Of a DNA stretch of 64,000 bases, positions 50,913 to 64,000 are shown in pieces. The notes below the pieces were generated by a model, which worked only from the letters and a program-made list of their open reading frames with translations, ran no database searches and was not told the DNA's origin. Source of the stretch: Paraspadella gotoi (taxonomy: Eukaryota; Animalia; Chaetognatha); the NCBI GenBank assembly GCA_051294375.1, contig CM119269.1, positions 1-64,000 on the forward strand, written 5' to 3'. Each line of letters starts with the position of its first letter. The first letter of the stretch is position 1. Both the position numbers and the translations under genes were made by a program.

Positions 50913-52699
50913 AGAAAGAAAGAAGAAGAAAGAAAGAAAGAAAGAAAGAAAGAGTGAGAGATGAGATAAAATCCAATGCTGTTTTGAAGAAGCAACCTTC
51001 TTATAATTTACACTTGAGAGATTAAATTTAAAACGACGTCGGCAAATGCGTCCCGACGCCCCACTGTCTCGTTCTTACCAAAAATTAGTCTCGTTGTATA
51101 TACTTTAATATTTCTGTTTGGTACAATTAAATTAACGAGATATTTGAGGGACAGAAGTAGGAAATGGACCAGAAGTGAAACGACATTTTTCCTGAGAAGG
51201 AGAACGAAAGAGGAGGAAGAGGATCAGGAGGAAGAGGAGGGGAGGAAGATGAGGAGGAGGGGAGGAGGAGGAAGATGAGGAAGAGAATTGAGGTCGTAAT
51301 GAAGAGAAATCCTATTGATCACCGGAGATGGAGAGGGAGGAGGAGGAGGAGGAGGAGGAGGAAGACGAGAAAAAAGGGCACTATTTTTCAAAAGCGCCTC
51401 ATTTCTCTTCCTAATCCTAAACCCTCAACGCTAATCCTTAAACTTAATTATTAATAAAATCTTTAACCAAATATCTAACCTAACCAAATCTCTGAACATT
51501 ATAACTTACTTAAAACTGAAACTGAATTTAAACTAAAAAATGGACTTTTTGGAAAAATATGGCTGAAAGTTTTAACTCTAATTGATGAATGAAGATGGAC
51601 ACACAGAAAATTAGATTTGATTCCGAATGAGCAATGAACGACTTTGGGTTGAAAAAATGAATGAATGAATTAATTAATGAACGAACGAATGAATGAATAA
51701 ATGAATCAACGAAAAGATGAATGAATGAATGTCGACTAACTCCCGACAGAAAATGAGACTCCATTCCAAATGTGCTATGAACGACTCTTTACTTCGGAGG
51801 TAAAAACTTTTGTGGCGAAAAGAAAAACTTCCATAAAAGGAGAAAACGAGGTCGTTATGAAAGAATTTATTCACCTCGTTTTGGCAGATGATTGCCGCCG
51901 CCGCAGACGCCGAATCTTCATCGTCTTTCTTCTCATCCTCTTCTTCATAACCCTCGTCCCTTCTCTTCTCTTCTTCTCCTTCTTCCTCCGTTTGCTTCTC
52001 TTCTTTTTCCTTCTTCCTCCCTTCTCTTCTCTTTTTTTCCTCTTCCCGTCCCTTTCCATCTCTTCTTTTTCTTTTCCTTCTTCCTCCCTCGCATCTCTTT
52101 TTTCTTCTTCCTCCTTCCATCTCTTCTTTTTCCTTCTCCTCTCCTTCCTTCTCTTCTTTTTCCTTATTTTCTTCTGTCCTTCTTCTTTCTTTTTCCTTCT
52201 TTCATCCCTTCCTGTCTGCTTCTTTCTTCCTCCTTCTCTCTTCTTCTCTCTTTTTGCCTTTATTTCTCCCTTCCTTCTCTTCTTTTTCCTTCTTTCTCCT
52301 TTCCTTCTCTTCTTTTTTATTCTTCCTCATTCCTCCTCTTTTCCTTTCTACCTTCACTTCTTCTTCCTCTTTCCTTTCCTCCTCCTTTTTTTTCTCTTTC
52401 CTTTCCTCCTCCTTTCCTTTCTCCCTTTCCTCCTTTCTCCTCTTTTCCTTCTTCAAACTTCAATCGCTGAATCGATCAGTCATCTTTTCTTTTCGGCTGA
52501 ATCTTCCATTCAGTGGCCTCCATTTTCTGTTGAGGTCGTTTCTTGGATTCTCGTGTCTGTCCGTCTCTCCGTCCGTTTATCAGTTTCTCCGTGAATCTGG
52601 ATGGATTCTTTCTTCAATGCGAAGATTTTGACTATTTTGACTTTTTTACAAATTCACCCTGAATAAACCGAAAGCAGAGAAACACATTAGTAAATTTAC

Positions 52700-53214
52700 T
52701 CAATGACTAACATTGATGAAATTAGTACAACCAAAGTAAAAATTCAAGAAAAGAGCCATCTTGCCTCCTGATTTCGGATATGATGACATGTTAAGTAACT
52801 CCCAGAGTGCTAGGCTTTCTTATCAATAATGAGCTAAAATATTTTTAAACTCATTCTTTAAAGAAAAACATCACTTCGTTAATTAGTGCAACTAAAATTA
52901 CCATTGTAAATATTGTGGCGAATTCGTTTTACGGTATTTCAATTAGTTGTCAAAGAAAATACATTCGTCAGTAACTGAAGTTTTACTTCTTTTTTTTTCC
53001 ATTGCACCAAAAATACATTGGATTCAAGATTCCATCTGCAATATTTTTTCCCGATGTCAAGCTGTCAGAGATCTTTCTCTACAAGAAAAGCATCAAGACG
53101 AAGAATTTCTATATCAAGACATCAATTTCGCCAATAAATTATATTAAGATAAAAATTGAAATTGAGTCGAAATATGATAAAAATAAATTCGGCCCTTTGC
53201 ATTGAATCTGGTTT
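52700..53214 (-). pseudogene. Possible frameshifted exons of a voltage-gated K+ channel-like gene (T1/BTB and pre-S1/S1)
   Basis: Two AG/GT-bounded segments give RFNAKGRI..LLAKL..DECIFFD and LWELLNMSSYPKSGGKMALFLN(FTLVVLISSMLVIE). Needs frameshifts; by-eye similarity only. Confidence 0.33.
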
Positions 53215-53688
53215 CTAAAATAGGAGAATAAAAAATATTTCGTCTCAAAAATTTAATAAACTTAAACTTTAAGCCAAGAGAGGCAAATCATTTGGTCTAT
53301 CAGATCCATCAACTGCTCCATTTCCTGCGATGGTATTTTGCTATTTAAAATCCAAATTTTAATTCCATTTTGTAGTGTATAAATTAGAAGATAAATTAAA
53401 CTCAAAAGCCAATTGGAAATCAAAAGCGAAATCCAGATTTAAAATATGAATATAAAGTATAAATAAATATATAAATCAAATATTTATACATCAAACCAAC
53501 ACAAAATAATTAACCGAGAAAATTTCACTTCTTCATAAACATTTTTCTTCAGCAAAACTGAAATATTTTTCTTGGGAGGGAAAACTTAGTGAATGTTCAT
53601 TTAGAGCAAATCAAAGAGAGAGAGAGAGAGAGATGGCGAGGAGAGAAGAGAGGAAAGAGAGAGGAGAGAGAGAGAGAGAGAGACAGAT

Positions 53689-53763
<75 letters not shown>

Positions 53764-53847
53764 AAGAGAAAAAGAAACGGCAATTAGCCGATAGGCAATA
53801 GGATAGTCAATTAGCATTCAACCAATTTTTTTGAAAACATATGCTCC

Positions 53848-53908
<61 letters not shown>

Positions 53909-54042
53909 TCTTTATGCACTTTGGAAGTGAGTTTTTTCTCTCGTTCCATTTACCAAATTGGCGAAGTTGAAACTTGTTACTTTTCTTCTCCTCGACTTTC
54001 TTCTTCTCTTTTCGCAGAAAAACTTCATCATTTTCGGGTTCG

Positions 54043-54091
<49 letters not shown>

Positions 54092-54468
54092 TATCATCAT
54101 AATAATCATTGTTACGAAATAACAAGCCATTATATTTCGATGATTTCCCATTTCTCTACTTTAAACCCGTTGCTCTTTTGTTCGGTTTTTACTTGGTCGG
54201 CAAGTGCCTTTAGTTTCTGCGATAAGCGACATCCTTAGTTACAATTATGCGAAATCGCCAAATCGCGCCTTAGAAATGACGCCTTCGCCATTTGGCGGTT
54301 TAGCTGTGAACTACATCCGGCGACTCATATGTGAATCGCCGGCGACATCGCTATTTGAATGAACGACAACTTAGGTTCGTCGCTATTGCTCCTTGCGCCC
54401 CGGAGGGTTCTTGAGGCTCCTCGCCTGCCTCCTCACACGATCGGCGTTGTTCTCCTTGCAAAACTTAC

Positions 54469-54601
54469 CCACCCTCGAGCATACCTGCCAATGTGTTTCC
54501 ATAGTTTAAGAACGAACGTCGCGAGATCGAAGAGGATTAGAGACCCAATGTAGTCGCGACTGTAAACGATGCCATCCAGGAATTTGGCGTTGCCCACCCA
54601 G
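54469..54601 (-). CDS. Candidate internal exon of unknown product
   Basis: CATAG acceptor and GTAAGT donor around an open frame WVGNAKFLDGIVYSRDYIGSLILFDLATFVLKLWKHIGRYARGW in a unique GC-richer island. Confidence 0.28.
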
Positions 54602-57074
54602 CTATGTATTTTGCAGAGTCAATAGTATGGAAAACAAGAAAGTTAATTATACGTTTAAAAAACATAAGGTTTTAGATTTAAAAAATACTAAAAAAATTTT
54701 CAAAAACTTTTATTTTAAATTTTTTGGATAAAAAATGTAAATTTTATCTTATAAGTATAGTTTAGATATTACTTAAACATAGAAAAACTTATGTATTTGT
54801 AATAATATACTGGTTTAAACAAATACATAAATTTGCGATTTTTTCGATTTTCACTCTGTGACGCTTTGCCCTAATTTTCCTGATAAGTTAGGAGGTCAAA
54901 CTTTTTTTTATTAATTAATTCATTAATTAAGTAATTAGTATACTATACGGATTTCTGAAGGAAATTTCCAAAACACCTTTCTATGACCCCAGCTAGTCAT
55001 CATTATCATCATCATGATCATTATCATTATCTTCATCATTATCTTAATCATCGTCATCATCATCATCATCAAAATCATTTTCTTCATTTTCATGTTCATT
55101 GTCATATCATCGAACTCATCATCCATGATATAATTATCATCATTATCATAATCATCCCGTTTTAATTCTCAGCATCAAAACCTTCATTATTTTGTCTAAA
55201 AAAAAGTAGGACGAATTCTTGCGTTATCAAGCATTAGCGCCGCGTTGCCAAGCAATCTTCTAAATACCAAGCAATTCTTTCCACGATCGAATTTCTCGCA
55301 TAAGTCACGTGAGCGAAATCATTATTTTTGGGAAGAGAGACTCAGAGAGAGAGAGCGAGAGAGAGAGAGAAGAAAAATCCAAGATGTTCCTTGTAACATC
55401 GAGCGTCAATTGACGTCAACGTCCGCAACGACGACGACGACGATAACGACGACGACGACAACGACGACGACAACGACGACGATAACGACGACGACTACGA
55501 CGACGACGCCTCGAAATGGTTTGTCGAGTTTTGTTGTTGTCGCTTAATGAGGATCCAAATTGAGTTGAGGACTGAGGCGACAAAGTGGGGGCGGCGGAGG
55601 CGGCGGAGGCGGCGGCGGCGGCAGCGGCAGCAGCGGCAGCGGCACAGTCGGCGGCGGGCGTCGAAGATGGTAGAGGCGGCAATGAAGTTAAGCAATGAAG
55701 TGTTGGTTGTGACAAAAAGAGAATCGAAGCAACGATTATGCAAACTGCGTCGGTGACAGAAGAAAAAAGAAAATTGTGGTTTGTGGGCAAGTTGACGTTG
55801 AATGTGGTCGGTGTGGTCGGTGAGGTCGGTGTGGTCAATCCTGAGGAAAACTTGATTGTGGTCAGAGAGAAATAATGTGTGAATAAAACGAGAATGAGAG
55901 AGAGTCGTTATTGAAAGGTTGCAGTGACTTGCTAGATATTATCATTATCATTAAGGCCTTAAACGACCAAAGCCTGTTCAATGTCAGAGGCAATATAGTT
56001 TATTTATTTATTGGTTTTACCAATTTTATAGACAAGTGTGTATGAGGTGCTCAGTGGACAACTTCTTTAACCCCCCTCTCTCAGCCACGGAACGGGTCCC
56101 GGGCTTGGAACCGGGCTCGAGACTGTTGAAGACCCTCCTCACGCTTCCCGCGGGGTTTTTATCGAACCCGGTAACAAATTGTAAAGAGTTGATGACTTAA
56201 CCCAATTGGGGATCGACAATTCTTTGCGGGGTGAACTGGGGCAATGACTGCTACAATAGTATAGATTGTGATGGAACCCACGAGTGGTAAATGGAAATTG
56301 GCAATTGGAAGGAAGCAATTAATGGTGAAGCGAGCTAAGATAATAAAACGCAATTAATGTCACTTGTGATAGTCATTCAGGTAATGTGACGGGTGGAGTC
56401 TTGTGACTTGGGAGTTCACCCTCACGGAAAAGTTAATTTCTCTTTTTCAAACTCAAATCCATCAACTGTGAAAAAAATGAGTTCAGCTGACGAAAATGGA
56501 GAGAGAGAGAGAGAGAGAAAAGAAGGAGGAGAGAGAGAGAGAGAGAAGAGAAGAGAAGAGAGAGAAGATGTGAGAGAGAGAGAGAGCTTAGATATGTTGG
56601 AGAGATGAGGTTGAAGAGATGAATTTTGATGTAGAAGAGAGGAGAGGAGTTTAAGGAAGAAGAAAGGAGAGAGAAGGAAGGGAAGGTGAATGAGAGGAAA
56701 GGAAAGACAGGGGAAGAGAACAGAGAGAGACAGAGAGAGACAGAGAGAGAGAGAGAGAAGGGAAGAGAGAGGAGTGAAGGGAGGAAAGGAAGAAGAAAGA
56801 AGAGGAGGAGAAAGAGGAAGGAAATTAGGAGGAGGAAGAGGAGGAAGAAGAATATTTAAATCTAAAAGTTAATCATTTTTTCCTTTAGAAGCAAAAGAAA
56901 CGATTCTTGTCTCTTATCGTAATTGTGGTCGTCGTTGTCGTTGTTGTTGTCGTCGTTGTCCTCAAAATTGTTGTTGTTGTTGTCGATTTCGTGGTTTCCG
57001 AGATCCATTTGGTTTTTGTCGTCGTTGTTGTTCTTTTGGAGCAAAACACTGGAGAGAGAAGAGAAGAAGAGAGA

Positions 57075-57113
<39 letters not shown>

Positions 57114-57712
57114 GTTCATAACCTAATAAAAGCACACGACGTCTCAAAATTCTATTTGGGTTATTTATCACAGACGCGTCGCCTTCTCTCCCTCGTTCCT
57201 CACGAAGCAAGTTTCAAGCCAACGCCCGACGCTTTTACCGACAAATGCTTCACTTTTGTCGGCCGAATTTGCTCAGGTTGCCGACTGCCCTTTCATTTTC
57301 ACTGTTTGGCATTTCTACTTCCACTAATAAACTAATTCACCAGCTTTGTTTTTCTTTCACGCTTGTCCACTCTGTATTTGTCACCAAAAAGGCTAAACCC
57401 CACGAGATGTCTCACTTAGCAATGGAATGGTGAATTGTCATGGAACCAGACATGGGGCCTTTGCTAATCCCTCAAGGTGGTTGACGGCTGTCCTTATATG
57501 GTTATAAGGTATATAAGGTAGTTATAAGGTAGTTGTCGGCAAAGGCTGACGGTTTGATTCAATGAGCCACGAGGTCGCTTGAGGTAGAGGGGTGAACCGA
57601 CAGAATTTTACCGACAAATTTTTCGTTTTTACCGACAGAATTTTTTTTAGGCGCCATTGGATTTCTCATGTATCGTTTCCATGGAAACGCGATAGGCGCG
57701 GATTATGATGTA

Positions 57713-57814
<102 letters not shown>

Positions 57815-57919
57815 TTTTAGCAATATCACTGATTGTTAAACTTCATACTTTAATTAAAATTGAAATTTGAAATTAATAGGCGAATATCATATTCTTACAT
57901 TTTTTCTTCACAACATTTC

Positions 57920-58340
57920 TTATTTACCATATCCTGTCATTTTTCATTTCTTTTCATTTTTCATTTCTTGTCATTTTTCATTTCCTGTCATTTACTATTT
58001 CCCCTCGTTTTCCATATCCTGTCATTTTTCATTTCCTGTCATTATCCATTTAGCCTCATTTTCGATTTCCTGTCATTTTTCAATTCCCCTTATTTTCATT
58101 TATTTTCCATTTCCTTTTATTATCCAATTCTTCCATCATTTCAATTCCCTCATTTTCCATTTCCTGTATTTTCACATTTCCCCTTATTCCTTTCCTCATT
58201 TTCGATTGTCTGTCAATTTCCGATTTCTTGTCAGTTTTTTCAATTCCCCTCATTTTCCATTTCCCCTCATGTCCTTTCATTTTCCACTTCACTTTCAGAT
58301 TCCAGTTTCCGCATTTCTATTATTTTCTTTTTCATTTTTC
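57920..58340. repeat. Degenerate ~16-bp minisatellite (TCATTTTCCATTTCCTG)
   Basis: Recurrent TCATTTT.CATTTCCTG motif. Confidence 0.7.
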
Positions 58341-58559
58341 ACCTCAAATTCAAAAATTTGTGAATGAAGGAAATAAAATTAAAATTAATTTAGGCGAAAA
58401 AGTTTTTTCTTTCGATTTTCGATTTTGTCAAAACGAATTCGGGCCTTATTTGCCAAAACAGCCAATTTCATTATAAATTTGAATTAAGTTTAATTTTTAA
58501 ATTTATTGCTTAGGTTTGTGGTTAGGGTCAGGGATTAATTTATGGGTTTAATAACAGAT

Positions 58560-59601
58560 TAGTGAGTTATCCAGGCTTAGAGACAGTTTGAGTTAGTTTT
58601 GACAACGATTTTATTTGATTCAAAAACAGACCATGTTTGGCTTCATTTCAAGCCTCATCAGCATTAGTGAACATTGAAAAATATTTTTGTGTAAAGAAAG
58701 AGAAAGAGAGATAAACAGAGAGGAGAGAGAGAGGGCAAGTTTCCAACACAAGTTATAAAGGACAGTGGTCAATTGGTGAGGACAGGCTGAAGTTGAGAAA
58801 AGACAGAGTAAGGTGAAAGAAGTGAAATGGTGAAAAAGACGAGAGAGAGAGAAGAGAGAGAGAAAAACAGTGCAAAATCTTTACATTGTGTAATGTATAA
58901 CAATAAGAAAAATTTAAACTGATGAATTATTAGTGAAGTATAACAATTAATTACTTAATATATTAGTGAGGAGTGAAACAGGAAATTTGAAATTGAAAAG
59001 GGATAGATTGGAGAGATGAGTTTAGTAAGTAATAAAGTGAAATTGAGAAGTAAAGAAGAGCTCAAATGAGCTGGCCCCCCTTGGCATGGGCAAATGAGCA
59101 TGATCGACTGAGCCGGGGCTATGGATCCATAGGCCTGAGATGACAGTTGGATTGAGCTTGTATGGATGCGTCAGGAAGAGTTCCCTGCGGGAAGAGCACC
59201 ATAGTGCTATTCGAATGTCTCTCTGGCCTGATACGGCCTCTGCCGATGCCCTCTTCTCGCCTGCTGGCGAGGCGGGCGGTTTCCGTTCTTGCCGCTTTTG
59301 CGACGGAGTGTCGGCTCCTCTCCCTCCTCCTGTAGCCGCCGTTTTGGGCGGCGCTCATTCCACAGAGGAAGGGACTGAGTTGCTACATTTGAGGAAGAGG
59401 CATCGTCTGTCCATTGCCTGTTCAAGGTCTCCGCCTATTTCGTGAGTGGAAATAGGGGAATCATTGTGCGGGCGTGGTGGTGGCGGGCCTCCACCACGCT
59501 TTTGATAAGCGAATCATAGCTTGGAGGGAGGTCGACATCGTCCTCCATCACGATTCAAAGAGGGGCTCAAGGGCTCTTGATGTATATTTGCCAGGCTGTC
59601 T
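58560..59601 (-). mobile_element. Penelope-like retroelement 3' fragment (GIY-YIG C-terminus, 3' UTR/pLTR)
   Basis: The minus strand of 59490-59590 reads IYIKS-LEP-SLNRDGGRCR-LPPSYDSLIKS with small frameshifts, matching the PLE endonuclease tail. A hammerhead core and AATAAA lie downstream. The 5' part is lost at an N gap. Confidence 0.75.
58625..58665 (-). ncRNA. Degenerate minimal hammerhead ribozyme
   Basis: CTGATGA-GGCTT-gaaatg-AAGCC-(G missing)AAAC-ATG-GTC; stem II perfect, stem I weak. Confidence 0.6.
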
Positions 59602-59807
59602 NNNNNNNNNNNNNNNNNNNNNNNNNAATAGTTCACAGAAATAGGGCGATTTTGGAAAAGAGAGCCAATTTTAAATCAGTTGCATCTTATTATTAGTTAT
59701 GTTTTTATTTTGCTATGGTTCATTTCTTTCTTGTATTTTTATTTTATCTCATAAATTATGCCGCATATATTCTAATTATTATATATATATTCTATACATA
59801 TACTCAA

Positions 59808-60425
59808 TAAGGCGTAGTAAAATTTCTAAATTTAACTTTAATTAAAAATTCTAAAAGTGAGGAACGAACAACATTATACTAATGAACATTTATGTAATAA
59901 AAAAATTTATAATAAATTTTACAATTTTACGCAGTAGGCCATATTTATACTAGTACTAAACCAATAAATGTTAAAATTTCAAAACAGTTTTTTCTAAGAT
60001 TTTTTTGCAGATTTGGATTCGTCATAAAAAGTTGATAAAAAGAAATATAACTCTTTTTGAAAAAATTCCTTCATTAAGTGGTCATAAATTAAACAAAAAC
60101 TACATTTTTAAGGCTGAAAATTAACTATTTAATCTTATAATTAGTTTTTTTAATTTTTTGACCACTTAATGAAAGAATATTTTAAAAATAGATTTACTAT
60201 TTCTTTTATCAACTTTTGAGAGGAATTCTAATCCGATCTAAAATTTAAAAAATTGCCTATTTTGAAATTTTTCGATTTTATAAGGATAGTACTATATATA
60301 AATATAGCCTACTGCTAAAATTAAAAAACATAAAATTAATTTATTTTACAAATTAATGTTCATTGATGGTATGTTGTTCATAATTGACTTTTAGAATTTT
60401 CGTATGTAACTTTCACTACGCCTTA
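59808..60425. mobile_element. 618-bp foldback MITE, TIR TAAGGCGTAGT, 8-bp TSD ATACTCAA
   Basis: TAAGGCGTAGT...ACTACGCCTTA termini with ATACTCAA at 59800-59807 and 60426-60433. The interior is an imperfect palindrome centred near 60120. Confidence 0.85.
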
Positions 60426-60531
60426 ATACTCAATAATGGTCTTATCATATCTTGCCTTCCTACCAAATATGAACTTAATAGAAGCAACATTACCGAAGTC
60501 ATAAGCATTTAAAATGTACGTGGGATAGACC

Positions 60532-60606
60532 AACAGACATATATACCGACCGACCGACAGACCGACCGAAAATTGACTAATGGAGTTGCTCGCGGCGCAC
60601 ATAAAA
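60532..60606 (-). mobile_element. End fragment of a second Helentron/DINE-like element
   Basis: Minus strand TTTTATGTGCGCCGCGAGCAACTC followed by (GGTC)n; degraded mirror copy near 63598-63635. Confidence 0.4.
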
Positions 60607-62071
60607 AGAATAGAAAAAGAAAAGAAGGAAGTAAGGAATGAAACCGGGTAGAAAAGGAGGAAATAAATTTGGGTGCGGCAGTAAAAAAAGCAGAGAATTA
60701 AAGCAGTAAAAAAAGCAGAGAATTAACGCCCCGTGGTGAGAAATGGAGAAGTTTAGGTAAACGAAAACGACTCGACCGAAGAAAAACTTCCTTCCGAAAA
60801 ATTTATTTAGTTTTTTTTTTTTTTTTGAGAAAAAAATTTATTCAGTTTATTTTTTGCAAAATTTAAAGTGAAATAAATGAACAAGTAAATGAATAAATTA
60901 ATAAATAAACAAATATACAATAAATAAATGTATATTAACAACATCAGTTAATATGAAAAAAAGAATATTCTTTTATATATTCTTGTATCATAGAAGATGA
61001 CAATTCTTGATCAATGGTCAATGGTAGATAATATTTTACGACTTTTTATCATTACAATTCGCTACATTTCAATTGACTATTGTAACATTCGCATACATTC
61101 GTCATCGCCATTTGAACCCACGTAAATGCCATTGCCATAAATGACAATTTGCCATAAAGAACTCATGAAAATTCCATCTCCGTATTTCGCTCGCACACAC
61201 TGCATAAGGGAATGAGGCTTTAAGCTCTTACCCGTCCTCACCTCGGCTTTTCATATATAAACTCTTATAAACTGAGGAACTGATGAGGATCGTAAAAGCT
61301 CAACTGCCAACCGCAGCTCAAAGTGGTGAGGATTCGGAAATGGGTGGAACATAAAGGAAGAATGACAACGAATCAAAAACAGAGGAAATCCGATGACGGA
61401 GGAAAGGAAAGGAAAAAGGAGGAAAGGACAGAAAGAAGGAAAGAAAAGAAAATGGAGGAAAGGGAAAAAGGACAAAAGGAGGAAAGGAAGGAAAATAAAA
61501 GAAAAGGAAGAGGAAAGGAGAGAAAAGGAGGAATGAGATTCGCGCGAAAAAGACGATAATGGGCGGACATTCTGTCCCTTTGTCCGTCCGAGATTCCACA
61601 TGTCCGTCAGATCTTCTCAGCTGAAGTCGAGGTTAGTTCGAAAGAAAAAAAGATTCGAAAATCGGGTGTAGGGAGATGCAAGGAAATTTAGGGAGATGCA
61701 TGGTGATGCAAGGAGATGTAAGTGGCCGAGGCAAGGATACTAGGCGAAAAAGCCGAGAGAGGGAAGCGATCAAATCAATCAATGAATCCATATTGATTGG
61801 TTGTAGCAGTGATCCGAAATTCAAAACTACGTGACTTCGTTTTCAATCTTCGCAAATTTCTTACTCTCTGTTAACTCACACATCCATGTTGATCCTTTTT
61901 TTACACTTGCATCCGTCTATATCTCCTGGGCACTCTTATATAACCCCTTTGCACCCCTTTGCACAACTCCATCCCAAACTCACTACACCTTAACGATTAC
62001 AGACCAAGCACCGAAGCTTTCCCTCATGCTTCCTGCTTGTACACACCCTTCCATTTTCTTTCCAGACAAGA

Positions 62072-62170
<99 letters not shown>

Positions 62171-63635
62171 AGAGAGAGATAGAGAGAGCGAAAGAGAGGG
62201 TGTCTTGTCTGGAAAGAAAATGGAAGGGTGTGTACAAGCAGGAAGCATGAGGGAAAGCTTCGGTGCTTGGTCTGTAATCGTTAAGGTGTAGTGAGTTTGG
62301 GATGAGTTGCTGCAAAGGGGTGCAAAGGGGTTATATAAGAGTGCCAGGAGATATAGACGGATGCAAGTGTAAAAAAAGATCAACATGGATGTGTGAGTTA
62401 ACAGAGAGTAAGAAATTTGCGAAGATTGAAAACGAAGTCACGTAGTTTTAAATTTCGGATCACTGCTACAACCAATCAATATGGATTCATTGATTGATTT
62501 GATCGCTTCCCTCTCTCGGCTTTTTCGCCTAGTATCCTTGCCTCGGCCACTTACATCTCCTTGCATCACCATGCATCTCCCTAAATTCTCCTTGCTATCT
62601 CCCTACACCCGATTTTCGAATCTTTTTTTTCTTTCGAACTAACCTCGACTTCCAGCTGAGAAGATCTGGACGGACATGTGGAATCTCGAACTGGACGAAA
62701 GGACAGAATTCCGCCCATTATCGTCTTTTTCGCGCGAATCTCATTCCTCTTTTCTCTCCTTTCCTCTCTCCTTTTCTTTTATTTTCCTTCCTTTCCTCCT
62801 TTTGTCCTTTTTCCTTTCCTCCATTTTCATTTTCTTTCCTTTCTTTCTTCCTGTTCCTCCTTTTTTCCTTTCCTTTCCTCCGTCATCGGATTTCTCTGTT
62901 TTTGATTCGTGTCATTCTTCCTTTATGTTCCACCATTTCCGAATCCTCACCACTTGAGCTGCGGTTGGCAGGCTTGAGCTTTTACGAATCTCATCAGTTT
63001 CCTCAGTTTATAAGAGTTTATATATGAAAAGCCGAGGTGAGGACGGGCTAAGAGCTTAAAGCCTCATTCCTTATGCAGTGTGTGCGAGCAGAAATACGGA
63101 GATGGAATTTTCATGAGTTCTTTATGGCAAATTGTCATTTATGCTAATGGCATTTACGTGGGTTCAATTGCGCGATGACGAATGTATGCGAATGGTTACA
63201 ATAGTCAATTGAAATGTAGCGAATTGTAATGATAAAAAGTCGTAAAAATATCATCTACCATTGACCATTGATCAAGAACTTGTCATCTTCTATGATACAA
63301 GAAGTATATAAAAAGAATATTCTTTTTTCATATTAACTGATGTGTTTAATATACATTTATTTATTGTATATTTGTTTATTTATTAATTTATTCATTTACT
63401 TGTTCATGTTATTTCACTTTAAATTTTGCAAAAAATAAACTGAATAAATTTTTTTCTCAAAAAAAAAAAAAAAAAACTAAATAAATTTTCGAAAGTTTCT
63501 CGGTCAGTCTTTGTTACATTCTTTACAGGCGTTATTTCTTTTTACTTATTGCTTTTTTCTCCCCCATTTCCTCCTCCGGTTTCACTATCTTTTCTTCATT
63601 TTTAGTGCCCGAGCAACTCATAGTCACTTTCGTTC
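60570..63635. repeat. ~3-kb spacerless palindrome centred on a (CT)n|(AG)n junction at 62105/62106
   Basis: GTACACACCCTTCCATTTTCTTTCCAGACAAGACAC is mirrored at 62200-62235. Identity is near perfect at the centre and degrades outward. Confidence 0.93.
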
Positions 63636-64000
63636 TGTTAGCAATCTTGGTATCCACTACTTTACTATGCTCGATGTTCTTCATATCTAGGTCAGATATG
63701 AACTTGAGTAGGCGTAGGAATCTCGAAATTAAAAGAATTAGACACATACCTCAACATTATTGTAAATATTTGTTTAAAGCGTAGTTATTTATTACTCAAT
63801 CGAAAATTTCAATGGCTTTTTAATTGTGTATTCTTAAAGTTGAAAAAACTTTTTAAATCTGTGTAATAAACTTATTATAAAGTATCGTTAATTGTTTTCT
63901 ATGACCACTTGAGAATTTCAAAGTATCTATCCTTAGCGAGACCACGCAAAATCTTAAAACTTTTTATTTTCTCAACATTTTCTCAAGGTTTCATCCTTAC

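Noticed and set aside
53831-55756. Poly-His, poly-Asp, poly-Thr and poly-Ala proteins
   Set aside because: They are translations of (CAT)n, (ACG)n and (GCG)n microsatellites.
61275-61345. CTGATGAG motif suggesting a second hammerhead (mirror near 62975)
   Set aside because: No stem II closed by GAAA, and no stem III or cleavage triplet, in either copy.

Overview
Eukaryotic, AT-rich and repeat-dominated window, probably from an invertebrate animal (the species cannot be determined). It has (GA)n/(ACG)n microsatellites, long polypurine/polypyrimidine tracts, N gaps and indel-noisy sequence. The only long coding unit is a near full-length Ty3/Gypsy LTR retrotransposon (~4280-12667: gag, then PR-RT-RNaseH-IN). 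It has non-TG/CA LTR ends and an extra domain between RNase H and integrase that looks like a catalytically dead OTU deubiquitinase fold. Two tandem LTR-like units related to this element each end in a 39-46 nt reverse copy of the tRNA-Leu 3' half, one with CCA. Other features: a Penelope-like 3' fragment with a degenerate hammerhead, a foldback MITE with an 8-bp TSD, a Helentron/DINE-like element, SINE-like heads, several minisatellites and possible degraded Kv-channel-like exons. Many kb-scale inverted and direct duplications are probably at least partly assembly or amplification artefacts. Almost all short ORFs in the track are low-complexity noise. All homology calls are by eye; no searches were run.
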